DNA of 64,000 nucleotides from a virus (IMGVR_UViG_3300036546_000172:1-64000); one strand, 5' to 3'; counted from the stretch's first letter, positions 17,849-27,480 are shown. A program made the numbers and translations. The notes: generated by a model from the sequence alone, not told the origin.

Positions 17849-18619
17849 TCAGTCGAGTCTTCTGAGTTTCTCATCACCGATAGTAATTGAGTTTCCTTTG
17901 TCCAGTTTTACTTCAATCATACCACCAACGTGAACGAAGGTTACTGTACCCTCGGAGTTGTAAGATTTCAGTTTTGAATCGATGACTTGTACTCGATCAC
18001 CAACTTCAAATTCAACATCGCTGTAATCTCGTTGAACAGTTTGTAGTTCAAGTTCAGGTTCAAGCTCCTCTTCGCTGTCAGACTCAACCACCGCCGCCTG
18101 AATACGCTCGAGCATCTCGTCAGAGTCACAGTAATAGTCACGACCTTCCAGAATGTCAATCACTTCATCTTCAGAGAAGGTCGGCATATAGAGATCGCGC
18201 GCCAGTCGTTCAATCAGTTGAGACGTTGATGCAATGTTCTTCATACTCTCATTGATCTTACCTTGAATGCCCATGGCACCATCATGAAACATGAAAGTAG
18301 CATAGGGATAGATCACATAGGTACTGGCAGCGAAGAACAGCAAGGTTCCAGCTGAAGCTACCATTCCATCGGCGTGAGTCACTACCTGTGCACGAGAGCG
18401 CATGATAGCGTGAATCAAAGAAATAGCCGTATCTAGAGCACCGCCGGGGGTGTTGAGGAATATGTTGACTCGATCGTGCTCTTCAGCAATATCCAGGATC
18501 GTGATCATGTCTACATATTCGTTAATATCATCCGATACAGGACCATAGATGTAGAAGTTATGGACAGCTCCAGATGGGAATGAACGCTGCTCTACAGGAT
18601 TTCGAAATAATCTATTCAT
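17849..18619 (-). CDS. ClpP-like protease with acidic linker and C-terminal KOW/SH3-like domain
   Basis: LNTPGG, ASAGT, MFHD; FEVGDRVQV tail. Confidence 0.85.
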   Translation of the reverse strand: MNRLFRNPVEQRSFPSGAVHNFYIYGPVSDDINEYVDMITILDIAEEHDRVNIFLNTPGGALDTAISLIHAIMRSRAQVVTHADGMVASAGTLLFFAASTYVIYPYATFMFHDGAMGIQGKINESMKNIASTSQLIERLARDLYMPTFSEDEVIDILEGRDYYCDSDEMLERIQAAVVESDSEEELEPELELQTVQRDYSDVEFEVGDRVQVIDSKLKSYNSEGTVTFVHVGGMIEVKLDKGNSITIGDEKLRRLD

Positions 18620-20214
18620 TAAGCTCTCCACTTACCGTTTTTGATAGTTACAATAGTACGTTTACCATTCTTGTAGGTAATGATGTTTGAGTGGCTCCAA
18701 CTGCTGCCTCCTACATTATAGCCCATATCTAGTCGTCCTAATACACCTGCAATATAAACACCATCCTTTATAGTAGCTGAGTGTGTATGACCTACGTTAT
18801 ATCGTGCACCTTGTACCTGAAACGATCGAACAGAACCTCGCGCTCCGTTATTACCATTATGTCCATGCTGACCGCATTCAATGCCATTGCCATCCTCATC
18901 ACATATTCTGAATGATTCATCTGTGGTTAGGAAGGTTACCGAGTGAAGAGATGGTTTTTCTTGAAGCACTGCATAACCAAAGATCGAGAAATCACGGTTA
19001 CCTTTCTCAATCTCTTGATAGATTTTCAATTGATTCTCTAGGAAGAAGATTGCGTTTTCTGGGTCTGTTTTGTAATCAGCTTCTTTCAACCACCGGCGAA
19101 GAGCCAGATCGTGATTACTCTCGACCACTACTACGTGCGATCGACCAATATTGATCTGTTCTAAGAACGAAGCAACCTCTTGCACGTTCTGTCTCACCGA
19201 GTCCTTACCGTGGATATGCTTCTGGAATCGAAAATATGGATCTTTGATGTTGTGGTGATTGCGAGCCTCGAAGTCTAGTACATCGTGTATCAGTTGATAT
19301 CGTGGATTCAATACTTTGAGCATGCTGTTATCGTCAAAGAACGAAGCATTAGCTGCCATCTCATCCAGTTTTTCAACGTGCACGTCACCCCAGTTGATAG
19401 CCTCTACAGCATCTGGTATTTCTATCACACCATCTGGGGTATATTTCAGATTCAAGTCATAGAATTCACCGCTATCAGAGTCTGCAATCAACTGTCGCAC
19501 AAACCAATCGCCATCCTCGTCTATCTCTACAACCAAGGCTCCGAATACGTGGTGAAACGATGCTTTCTGACCGGCCTTCTTCTGAATGTAGTTTCGCTGA
19601 GTCACTGCACCGGTAGTATACAACATACGCACCGGGGTATACTTGTGAGTGGGTAGGCTTTCAAGCTGAACCTTGGCATGTGGAATGATACCAGAAGAGC
19701 TCTTGGTATATGATTGAAGCCCGGACAGTGGATTGACAGCCGTGGGTAGAATGTTCAATTCACCACACCACATGAGTCCGTTAGCCAGTTGTGCTGGCTG
19801 ATCCAGAATGTAGGGCTTAATACGAGGATCAAACCACTCACCTTCAGTCTTCTCCAGGTTTTGGAATCCGTTGGTGTTATAGCTGAATGTACCTACAATG
19901 ATCTCAGCACCAATATGATCGGCCATGGTTTCAATCGAGGACATGAAACGGCCATGCACATAGGTGTTGTTTTGAGCGGATGTGATGATGAAGCGCGTAC
20001 TATCTAGTCTTGGTATATCCGTATGGTGATCGTGTAACTGACCATACGCAATAGGCTTATCGTTGTTTGACCACCACTCTTTATGTGATTGTTTGTTAAC
20101 GAATCTGTTGGCAGCTGATCTCGATACACCCAGTCTTTCTTCGATTTGACGGAATGACAACCCGTCATTCACCAATCGAAGAACCTCTATCTTAATGCTA
20201 TCGTCGTTTAACAC
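18619..20214 (-). CDS. T5 A1-like protein (N-terminal HTH plus metallophosphoesterase-like domain)
   Basis: HTH; TSAQNNT, PTAVNPLSG, NYIQKKAGQKASFHH, GDVH, SNHD, HGH, GHTH. Confidence 0.75.
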   Translation of the reverse strand: MLNDDSIKIEVLRLVNDGLSFRQIEERLGVSRSAANRFVNKQSHKEWWSNNDKPIAYGQLHDHHTDIPRLDSTRFIITSAQNNTYVHGRFMSSIETMADHIGAEIIVGTFSYNTNGFQNLEKTEGEWFDPRIKPYILDQPAQLANGLMWCGELNILPTAVNPLSGLQSYTKSSSGIIPHAKVQLESLPTHKYTPVRMLYTTGAVTQRNYIQKKAGQKASFHHVFGALVVEIDEDGDWFVRQLIADSDSGEFYDLNLKYTPDGVIEIPDAVEAINWGDVHVEKLDEMAANASFFDDNSMLKVLNPRYQLIHDVLDFEARNHHNIKDPYFRFQKHIHGKDSVRQNVQEVASFLEQINIGRSHVVVVESNHDLALRRWLKEADYKTDPENAIFFLENQLKIYQEIEKGNRDFSIFGYAVLQEKPSLHSVTFLTTDESFRICDEDGNGIECGQHGHNGNNGARGSVRSFQVQGARYNVGHTHSATIKDGVYIAGVLGRLDMGYNVGGSSWSHSNIITYKNGKRTIVTIKNGKWRA

Positions 20215-20215
20215 T

Positions 20216-21262
20216 CTACACCTTCCTCCAACGATTGAACTCCAGTCGTGCTCGAAGTCCCTTAAATGTTCTCTGTCGTATGATTTCCATCAGTTCTTCT
20301 CTGTTTATACCCATTTGAATCATGTCATTGATATCAAGTTTGGTGTCTGTGGACACCGGCCATATAACCACCGATCGGTTATTGTCTATAGCCTGCTCCA
20401 TCAGATCGCAAATTTCCTTTGATCTTGGTTGATCATCCCATATCAGAACATCTGCATCCGATCGCATCAATGACGAGTCACATGTAGCAATGCAATTATC
20501 TACAAACAGGGAGTCTAATGGACCCTCCACGCAATATACCGTTCGGCTCCAGTCAACATGATCCTTGCCAAATATCTTGTCTACATCTTCGTGAGTCTTG
20601 ATGGAGATATAACGCAGTTTTGAATTCTGATCCAAGCTGCGACCTTGAATCATCTCTATATCACCGTTGATGTTGTAGAACGGTATAACAATACGAGGTT
20701 CAGATGGGAAGTTAGGTGAGAGTGGCTCATGGTTGATAGATTCAGCTGTGACATAGAAATCCTCTGAATATAACAGACGATCGATCATGTCACGTTCAAA
20801 GCCGCGATCAACTAGATATTGAACAGCTGGATGATCATTACTCACCTCAGACAGACTGATGCATCCTTTGAGAGCCTTTGTCTCCTCAGCGCTCTCCTGT
20901 TTTCTTTGTACAGGCTTAGTGCTGCTATAGGTCTTACGCCTATACGTCTTAGAACCAGTCTCCAGTCGTTTGAGCATCTGCTCTTTCTTGTACTGATCGA
21001 AGTGCTGTGGAAATTGATCATTCATAAACGTCCAGAATGAACCGTGAACTCCGCAATTCTTACAGTCAAAGTTTAACGATTGACCCTTGGTGTAGAAGTA
21101 CAGTCGTGCCTTTCTCTTAGACTTCTGAGAATCACCACAATAGGGACACCGTGCAATGAACGTCTTACCACTCATAGACGTAGACTTGAACCTGTCTAGA
21201 TCATGCGAGATGGTGTGCAACCAGTTCATATCTATCTGGTAGTCAGGCTTTAACACCATCAA
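20216..21262 (-). CDS. gp61: DNA primase
   Basis: RCPYCGDSQK, CKNCG, RIVIPF, QGRS, EGPLDSLF, DINDM. Confidence 0.95.
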   Translation of the reverse strand: MMVLKPDYQIDMNWLHTISHDLDRFKSTSMSGKTFIARCPYCGDSQKSKRKARLYFYTKGQSLNFDCKNCGVHGSFWTFMNDQFPQHFDQYKKEQMLKRLETGSKTYRRKTYSSTKPVQRKQESAEETKALKGCISLSEVSNDHPAVQYLVDRGFERDMIDRLLYSEDFYVTAESINHEPLSPNFPSEPRIVIPFYNINGDIEMIQGRSLDQNSKLRYISIKTHEDVDKIFGKDHVDWSRTVYCVEGPLDSLFVDNCIATCDSSLMRSDADVLIWDDQPRSKEICDLMEQAIDNNRSVVIWPVSTDTKLDINDMIQMGINREELMEIIRQRTFKGLRARLEFNRWRKV

Positions 21263-21326
21263 CCTCCGAATGAATAAATAGAGTCATACCTTTACTAACC
21301 TTAAAACAATAATAAACGGATCTGAT

Positions 21327-21746
21327 ATGCCAGAAACTCCTGAAGTGATAACGTTTCTCCTGGGACTGGGCGGCCTTGCCTCTATTATCGCCGGCGGTGC
21401 TGTCTATTACACGAGACAAAGCGTCAATCGAATTGATAATACCACATCTACCTCCATTCAAGATATCAAGAGTTTGTTTCAGCAAAACAGCAAAGACACC
21501 AGAGAAGATATCAAGAATCTGGTAGTACACATAGACGAACGCATTGATAAAATATACACTCGACTGGAATCAAACTCCACTGAACTTAAAGAGTATGTCG
21601 CTCAAGAAGTCTCCGCGCTCAAGGCCAAGGACTACGATCAGGACATCAAGCTTGAACACACTAAAGACAAGTTGCATGGACTGTCTGAAGATCTGTTGAA
21701 GTTCAAGCTTGAAGCCTCAGAGAAGTATCAGAAGAAAGACGACTGA
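21327..21746 (+). CDS. Late single-TM coiled-coil protein (possible lysis or membrane role)
   Basis: N-terminal TM then heptads; AATAAATA at 21273-21280. Confidence 0.7.
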   Translation: MPETPEVITFLLGLGGLASIIAGGAVYYTRQSVNRIDNTTSTSIQDIKSLFQQNSKDTREDIKNLVVHIDERIDKIYTRLESNSTELKEYVAQEVSALKAKDYDQDIKLEHTKDKLHGLSEDLLKFKLEASEKYQKKDD

Positions 21747-23071
21747 TTCAACTGATCTAGATAGAGCTTGGACGGTGTTACCTTTTGATAATAGTTCAAG
21801 CTCTTCTCAACTTGTTTGATCTCCTGATCCAGTTTCTTAATTCGCTCATGAGTCATGGTCATCAGGCTCATGTTCAACAGGTAGTCGTAACTGCTATCTA
21901 CCAGTCCTATATCCTCTAAAGCATCTAGATCCTTGACAATATCTGTCTTCTTACGTCGACTGATTATCAGCTCATCATCCATAACCTTCTGAATGAAGTT
22001 GCGTTTCCATTGCAGCAGGTTCATGTGTTCGCTAATGATATCGATCTGATGCTGAATCTTACGACTCAGGAACTTCAATCGAATGTCAATAAAATAGTCC
22101 AGTATTTCATCAACAGATTCAAACTCTACCACTCGATTGTTTTCATTCTGAACCGTGTAGTTTTCTGTTACTGTCTTAGTAAGCTTCAAGCATTTTAAGA
22201 TGTCATCGTCCGTCTTCAGCGACTTGAGCTTCTCTCTAGTGAAACTCACCGTAAAGTTAAAGTCCAGCTCTGAGTTGTCCTCGTACCCTTTGATAGTGCC
22301 GTCATCTTCAAGTTTATCCAACACTTTGAGATAACCGGCTAGATCATATGACGGTGGCACGGCTGTGATGTTGACAGTAGTAGTATTGACTCTTTGAACA
22401 GAGCCTTTGATGATCCATTGCTTGTGATTATCACCAGGTTCAATTGTTCCGTTGAAGCCCACAAAGCACGGAACTCCGTTATACTTTGAAGTCTTCTTAT
22501 TCTGTGGTTTGAGCTTGTCCTTGACCGCCTGTTCAATCTCTTCTGGATTGCGACCTAGGATGCGCTGGGCAAAACCTGAGGATATACCTTCAGATCCATT
22601 GATCAACAAAAGAGGCAGCTGAGGCATGAGATACACGGGTTCAATCTCATCACCCTCGAAGTATTGGCGCTCCAGAATTTCAAGATCATCCTTATCGAAC
22701 AGTCGATACAGATCAGGTGATGGTCTGGTGAATGTGTATCGTGACGCTGATGATTCCTTGACCAGAGCTGTACCGAAGTTGCCATGAGGCTCCAGCAGAT
22801 TCATGTTGTTAGAACCCACATAGTTCTTAGCCAATGATTCAACGACCCCGGTAATATCCCCGTGCAAGTATTGAGTCTCATTTTCAATCTGAGACTTGAT
22901 CTGAGATGTCTTGATGGGTTTGGTGATGTTATGTTTCAAGCAGTAGTAGATGACCTTGCGACTGGAGTTCTTCAGCCCATCCACAACAGATGCAATCTTT
23001 CTTACGTTGTCATAGGACGGATAGTCGCGGAACGCTTCAATGAAATCTTCAGGAGATACAGTCTTAAACAT
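21728..23071 (-). CDS. gp52: Type II topoisomerase, GyrA/ParC-like subunit
   Basis: DGLKNSSRK, YLHGD, GNFG, SASRY, LINGSEGISSGF. Confidence 0.95.
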   Translation of the reverse strand: MFKTVSPEDFIEAFRDYPSYDNVRKIASVVDGLKNSSRKVIYYCLKHNITKPIKTSQIKSQIENETQYLHGDITGVVESLAKNYVGSNNMNLLEPHGNFGTALVKESSASRYTFTRPSPDLYRLFDKDDLEILERQYFEGDEIEPVYLMPQLPLLLINGSEGISSGFAQRILGRNPEEIEQAVKDKLKPQNKKTSKYNGVPCFVGFNGTIEPGDNHKQWIIKGSVQRVNTTTVNITAVPPSYDLAGYLKVLDKLEDDGTIKGYEDNSELDFNFTVSFTREKLKSLKTDDDILKCLKLTKTVTENYTVQNENNRVVEFESVDEILDYFIDIRLKFLSRKIQHQIDIISEHMNLLQWKRNFIQKVMDDELIISRRKKTDIVKDLDALEDIGLVDSSYDYLLNMSLMTMTHERIKKLDQEIKQVEKSLNYYQKVTPSKLYLDQLNQSSFF

Positions 23072-23072
23072 G

Positions 23073-24872
23073 TTACAAACCTACGATGCTGAATGTGTGA
23101 TTAGACAACTGATCTTTGCGAGTATTCACTCGATCGTCTTTCAACCAGTCCAGGTATGGCTCTACGTCACTGAGATCAAACAGCTTGATCATAGTTTCAA
23201 TACCATCCTGTTTAACAATGTATTTCAGATCACGGAAGTCCCAGGTGCCCAGTCCTTTATAGTATTGCAGCGTCTCACCTCGATTAACTTTAGGCTGAGA
23301 CCGCAGGCTGTATGACCAGCGAACAATATCATTGCCTTTTTTAACCACCATGACTGGCGTGTCTAGAAAGCCAAAGCGCTCTTTCATCTCTGGTACGTAT
23401 TGTATGATGAATGAGGCTAGGAGTAAACGGATATGATTCCCATCGAGGTCGGCGTCTGTGCCTACAATGAAATATTCATATCCTTCGGTGTTCAGGATCG
23501 CGTAGAGTTCAGCTAGTTCTTTATTGTCTTTAAACTTGGAGACTGACGCGTTCATGCAATTGAGCGGCTTACCTTTAAGCTCATAGTACCCAATGTTCTC
23601 ACGCCCTAGTGATGGTATTAGACCGCCGAGAGCTGATTGACCTTCACCGGCAATGAGAATCTTCTTCTCTTTGGTGGCGGGAAAGTATTTGTCGGATTTG
23701 TGAACTTTCTTTTTCTTCTCCAGACGCTTGAGCGCGGCTAGTTCTTTCTGTCTTTGCTGAGCCTGAGCCCAATTCAATACCTTTTCCACTACATCAGACT
23801 TGACCAGTTTGCTGATGAATCGATCGGTTACTTCGAACTCCGTGCCGAAATCCTTCACTTCTGTAGACATGAACTCTTTGGTCTGTGACGTGAAGGTAGG
23901 TGCATTGATTCGACAATTCACAAACAACATCATCTGCTGCTTAATGTTATTCGGTTTGACATCAATCTTGTGCTTCTTCTTGATATAAGCTCGGAGCTTG
24001 GCAGTAATCTGATTGGCAATATAGTCTACGTGTGTACCGCCGTTGAACGTATCTACACCATTCACAAATGATATGTGTTTGAACGTATCGTCATCAGACG
24101 CAGATACACCAATATGCCAATCGTCGTTGCTGTCGTCCACCACATTATCACTATACATGGACATGTAGTCATAGAACTTGTTGCAGCGGATCAAACTGCC
24201 ATTGAGAAACACTTTGATCTTAGGATTGCACCCGGCAACGTCATACACACGCTTTTCCAATCGCCGGATGTTGTCTTCATCAAGCTCACAGTTCAATCGT
24301 TCATAGTCTGGAGTGAATGAGATCTCTGTACCGTGAGATGTACTTTCAGTGATAATCGGCTTGTGTTTAACACCCAGGTTATTCTCAAACCGCTGAAGCA
24401 ATTGATTTTTGCCATCGGAGGTCTGCACGTTGAACTCAGTGCTGAAAATAGAGACCAGCTTGCTCCCCAGTCCGTTGAGCCCGGCTGAATAACGCTCATC
24501 GTTGCTGAAGTTTGAACCTGTGCGCAGTTCTCCGAAAATCATGGATGGGATGTATTGATCGTATTCCGGATGCTTAACAACGGGAATGCCACCATTATCT
24601 CTGACCTTGATTTCACCAGTCATCGGGTACAGATCTACGTCAATACGCGTCACCTTGCCAGATCGAATATGCTCATCCACGCTGTTGCTCACGATCTCAT
24701 CAAACAGCTTGAGCAGCGCCGGTGAGTATGTCAGTTCCTTCTCTACCATCTTACCATCTACTGGTACAGAAACCATCTCTGTCTGGTTAGCGGTATTCCC
24801 GATGTACATACCGCTGCGCTCAAGAACGTGTTCTACTTCTGATAGCTTCTTATATTGTTGGTAAGAAGACAT
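23073..24872 (-). CDS. gp39: Type II topoisomerase, GyrB-like subunit (gp39+gp60 in one ORF)
   Basis: EIVSNSVDE, DNGGIP, GLNGLG, GGTHV, EGQSA, LKGKPLN, DADLDG, YKGLG. Confidence 0.95.
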   Translation of the reverse strand: MSSYQQYKKLSEVEHVLERSGMYIGNTANQTEMVSVPVDGKMVEKELTYSPALLKLFDEIVSNSVDEHIRSGKVTRIDVDLYPMTGEIKVRDNGGIPVVKHPEYDQYIPSMIFGELRTGSNFSNDERYSAGLNGLGSKLVSIFSTEFNVQTSDGKNQLLQRFENNLGVKHKPIITESTSHGTEISFTPDYERLNCELDEDNIRRLEKRVYDVAGCNPKIKVFLNGSLIRCNKFYDYMSMYSDNVVDDSNDDWHIGVSASDDDTFKHISFVNGVDTFNGGTHVDYIANQITAKLRAYIKKKHKIDVKPNNIKQQMMLFVNCRINAPTFTSQTKEFMSTEVKDFGTEFEVTDRFISKLVKSDVVEKVLNWAQAQQRQKELAALKRLEKKKKVHKSDKYFPATKEKKILIAGEGQSALGGLIPSLGRENIGYYELKGKPLNCMNASVSKFKDNKELAELYAILNTEGYEYFIVGTDADLDGNHIRLLLASFIIQYVPEMKERFGFLDTPVMVVKKGNDIVRWSYSLRSQPKVNRGETLQYYKGLGTWDFRDLKYIVKQDGIETMIKLFDLSDVEPYLDWLKDDRVNTRKDQLSNHTFSIVGL

Positions 24873-24873
24873 G

Positions 24874-25179
24874 TTACTCCTCGTCTGTGTCAGATGCTGA
24901 GATAGAAGAATCTCTTAATTCTGTCAAAAGATCAATCATACGATCAATGGCTTGATTGTCAGTGAATGAGAGATTTATCTCGGCTGGTCCTTTCTCAAAT
25001 TGCGGGGCATCGCCGGTTTGAGCTCCATTCAGATTCTCATAGCATTGAACGGTTTTGCACGGTACAAATTCATGTACCTCGTTCTTCTTGTGCGTGTATG
25101 GCTTGACGCTCAGATTAAGCACCAGATCTTTCTCACCGAAAATCAAATCGATTTTGTTATCACTTGTTAGAAGAGGCAT
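24874..25179 (-). CDS. Hypothetical protein (likely start MPLLTS)
   Basis: AGGAG upstream of ATG 25179. Confidence 0.65.
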   Translation of the reverse strand: MPLLTSDNKIDLIFGEKDLVLNLSVKPYTHKKNEVHEFVPCKTVQCYENLNGAQTGDAPQFEKGPAEINLSFTDNQAIDRMIDLLTELRDSSISASDTDEE

Positions 25180-25408
25180 TAATCTTCTCCTGCGCTGAAA
25201 GCCGACGACGATGGTGTTCCAATCTCCAGGCAGCATCTACCAGGTTTATTTCTGTTTCATCACACAAAGTGAAGCCGTGTCTGTCCTGCAGCTCTTTTAG
25301 CTTTCTGGCGGGATTGTACGGGGTGTGCTTGCCGTCATACACTTTCAATAGATCGGCGTATGTTTTAGCGATATCTGGAATGTGAGTCTTACTGATGTGA
25401 TCGTTCAT
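25160..25408 (-). CDS. Hypothetical early protein
   Basis: AAGGAG RBS and a sigma70 promoter. Confidence 0.7.
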   Translation of the reverse strand: MNDHISKTHIPDIAKTYADLLKVYDGKHTPYNPARKLKELQDRHGFTLCDETEINLVDAAWRLEHHRRRLSAQEKINASSNK

Positions 25409-25437
25409 GATGTAGTCTCCTTGTCAATTCAACTTAC

Positions 25438-25466
25438 AGTATAGCACCATCCTTGGTGCAGATCAA
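25438..25466 (-). promoter_or_regulatory. sigma70-type promoter TTGATC-N17-TATACT with palindromic spacer
   Basis: -35 at 25461-25466, -10 at 25438-25443; spacer gcacca-tcct-tggtgc. Confidence 0.8.
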
Positions 25467-25478
25467 GCCTTGCGATAG

Positions 25479-25745
25479 TTACATGTTCTCCTCTACGTAA
25501 TCTTCAATTGCATCAACCAAAGCATTTTGACTAAAACGTGAGCCGAGAGCAGTAGACATTGCATTGATCATCTTAGCTGCCTTCTGATCCAGTTCATTGT
25601 CTTCGATATATTCAGCAGCTTGTATAGCCAGAGTCTTGCCCTTACCTGTTGCATTAGCTTCAATATCATAAAGTGCTTTGACCAGATCACGGTCATTTTT
25701 GATCGAGATCTTCGCTTCAGTCAGGTATTGCTTAAATGTTTTCAT
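25479..25745 (-). CDS. Putative internal head protein (leader MKTFKQYLTE/A)
   Basis: N-terminus resembles the T4 IP capsid-targeting sequence. Confidence 0.75.
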   Translation of the reverse strand: MKTFKQYLTEAKISIKNDRDLVKALYDIEANATGKGKTLAIQAAEYIEDNELDQKAAKMINAMSTALGSRFSQNALVDAIEDYVEENM

Positions 25746-25980
25746 AGACTAACTACCCCAGTTACAAGTGGCATTTTCTTGATTGCAGCAATAGAGCCCT
25801 TCTTAACTATAGCGTAGATAAACTGACCCCTTCATCAGCCTTTTCTAGCTCAATATCAAGTCCCTTTTCTTTTGCACTAGACAAGAAATCGTCCACCACA
25901 TCTTCAGTAGCGGGACCACTAAATTTAATCTGAACCTCTTTTTCTTTAGCTTCTACTAAATATTCTTTAAATGATTTCAT
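25742..25980 (-). CDS. Putative internal head protein (leader MKSFKEYLVE/A), frameshifted at a G4 run
   Basis: Frame 0 stops at 25807; the -1 frame from GGGG (25827-25830) continues to a TGA overlapping the next ATG. Confidence 0.65.
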
Positions 25981-26024
25981 TTTAGCCTCTTTTCTAATCT
26001 CGTTGTAATCCTGGTCGAACTGTT

Positions 26025-26273
26025 TCATTTCGTACCTAATTTGATGTACCGGCCTTCATGAACGATAGTCCCATCATCCAACATCTTCTGAAGATGATCG
26101 AGAAGATCCTCAGTTGTTTTCTGTCCCCATGAATTATCATGCAGCCCAAGAAGCTCCATCAGTTCTTTGAATCGAACCTGCTTACGCTCACCAACAACCT
26201 TAATAACCTCTTTCTCAAAGGCTCGAAGGAGCTTGTCACTCGCCTCTGCGATATATTCTCTGAATGTTTTCAT
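26025..26273 (-). CDS. Putative internal head protein (leader MKTFREYIAE/A), wHTH-like
   Basis: Leader sequence; late promoter CATAAATA at 26306-26313. Confidence 0.75.
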   Translation of the reverse strand: MKTFREYIAEASDKLLRAFEKEVIKVVGERKQVRFKELMELLGLHDNSWGQKTTEDLLDHLQKMLDDGTIVHEGRYIKLGTK

Positions 26274-26282
26274 TTTAAATCT

Positions 26283-27008
26283 CTACAGTTGAAAATACAT
26301 GCTTCTATTTATGGCATCTGAGTTTCGATGATATGCTTCAACCACCAGATCCAACTCAGCTTCTAGAGGCTCTAGGTCAAAGAAGAACTTGTCTGCTGTA
26401 GATGTTAGATGATTACCTACGATGAGGCAACCTTTGGTGGCTCTCCATCCTCTCATTTCATACAGAGCGCGACCATATGCACATGTCTGAATTTGGTATT
26501 TCAGGCATTTGCGTCTACCAAACTTAGTATTGATGTCGATAGGGCGCCTGGAGTTCTTATGATCTAGGATAGTGAGGTGACCATCCATCATGACAATAGC
26601 ATCTACTCGTCCGGCATACTGGTCATTGATGTTCCACAGCGGAACTTCTGTGGCAATGGTCAGTTCTACTTCATCGAGGTATCGCTTGACTCTGTTGAAC
26701 AGTATTTTAGCCTGTCCTTTGAGTTCCGAGCGCTTCAATTCATTCAGTAGGTACTTCTCATTGTAATCGTGAAGTGCGTTACCTCGATCGGACGCCTCTT
26801 TGGTAATGCGATCGGCTTCTTCGTACCCGATACGCTTGCGCCAATTCTCCAGTCCGTTGTCATTAGGATCAGTTAAGACGGATAGGATGGAGGTGACAGA
26901 CGGAAATGAGCCATACGGAGTCTGGTACAGACGAGGTGTGCCTTCAATGACTTCAACTTCATCGAAGTGTTCACCAGCTTGTGCAAAGGTTTTGAATTTA
27001 ATAGACAT
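26283..27008 (-). CDS. PD-(D/E)XK (Cas4/RecB-like) exonuclease
   Basis: PSVTSIL, RGNALH, AGRVDAI, ILDHKNS, QTCAY. Confidence 0.88.
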   Translation of the reverse strand: MSIKFKTFAQAGEHFDEVEVIEGTPRLYQTPYGSFPSVTSILSVLTDPNDNGLENWRKRIGYEEADRITKEASDRGNALHDYNEKYLLNELKRSELKGQAKILFNRVKRYLDEVELTIATEVPLWNINDQYAGRVDAIVMMDGHLTILDHKNSRRPIDINTKFGRRKCLKYQIQTCAYGRALYEMRGWRATKGCLIVGNHLTSTADKFFFDLEPLEAELDLVVEAYHRNSDAINRSMYFQL

Positions 27009-27009
27009 G

Positions 27010-27480
27010 AGAGTGATTATACGTGTTACGGATTAGGAAGGCACGGACCCTCCCATTACATCCCTCGGATACAAAAGAAGCACTCTGTGTTGACAGCGGG
27101 ATATCCCCATCGTGCTCTTGTATTCCGAAACCGCCCAATCATTCGGTCTGGATGCTCTGGTTCCCCACGGACGCAATGGCTATTCTGATCCTCTTGACCG
27201 TTCGACGTAAGTCAAGTCATCCCCGTGCCTTAAGTTAGATGCCCCGCACGGTCAGATTCAGGCTACGATTGGTGTGTCTTATTCACCGTCATCTGCTTTC
27301 GAGGACATTCGGTTCCATTTCCGAGGTCGCAGGTTGTCAGGGTAGGACAGAGCCTGCACTTTATTTTGAAGCAAGTCCTTCGATTCATCTAATCCATTAG
27401 ACACACGATCTTGCACAGTGGGTTTGATTTCGGCTGCCAAACCAAGGTTAACCCGGTAGAACACCTTTTTACTCTATACA
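27010..27480. ncRNA. Candidate large structured non-coding element (RNA or ssDNA origin)
   Basis: No credible ORF; at least ten nested complementary segments (see findings). Confidence 0.5.

Noticed and set aside
27279-27464. 61-aa ORF, and the plus-strand ORFs 26967..27188 and 27023..27238
   Set aside because: No usable RBS spacing or motifs; they overlap the stem-rich region
27010-27480. tRNA, tmRNA, RNase P or group I/II intron
   Set aside because: No cloverleaf or CCA end, no RNase P P4 signature, no P7 or domain V motif by eye, and no interrupted host gene
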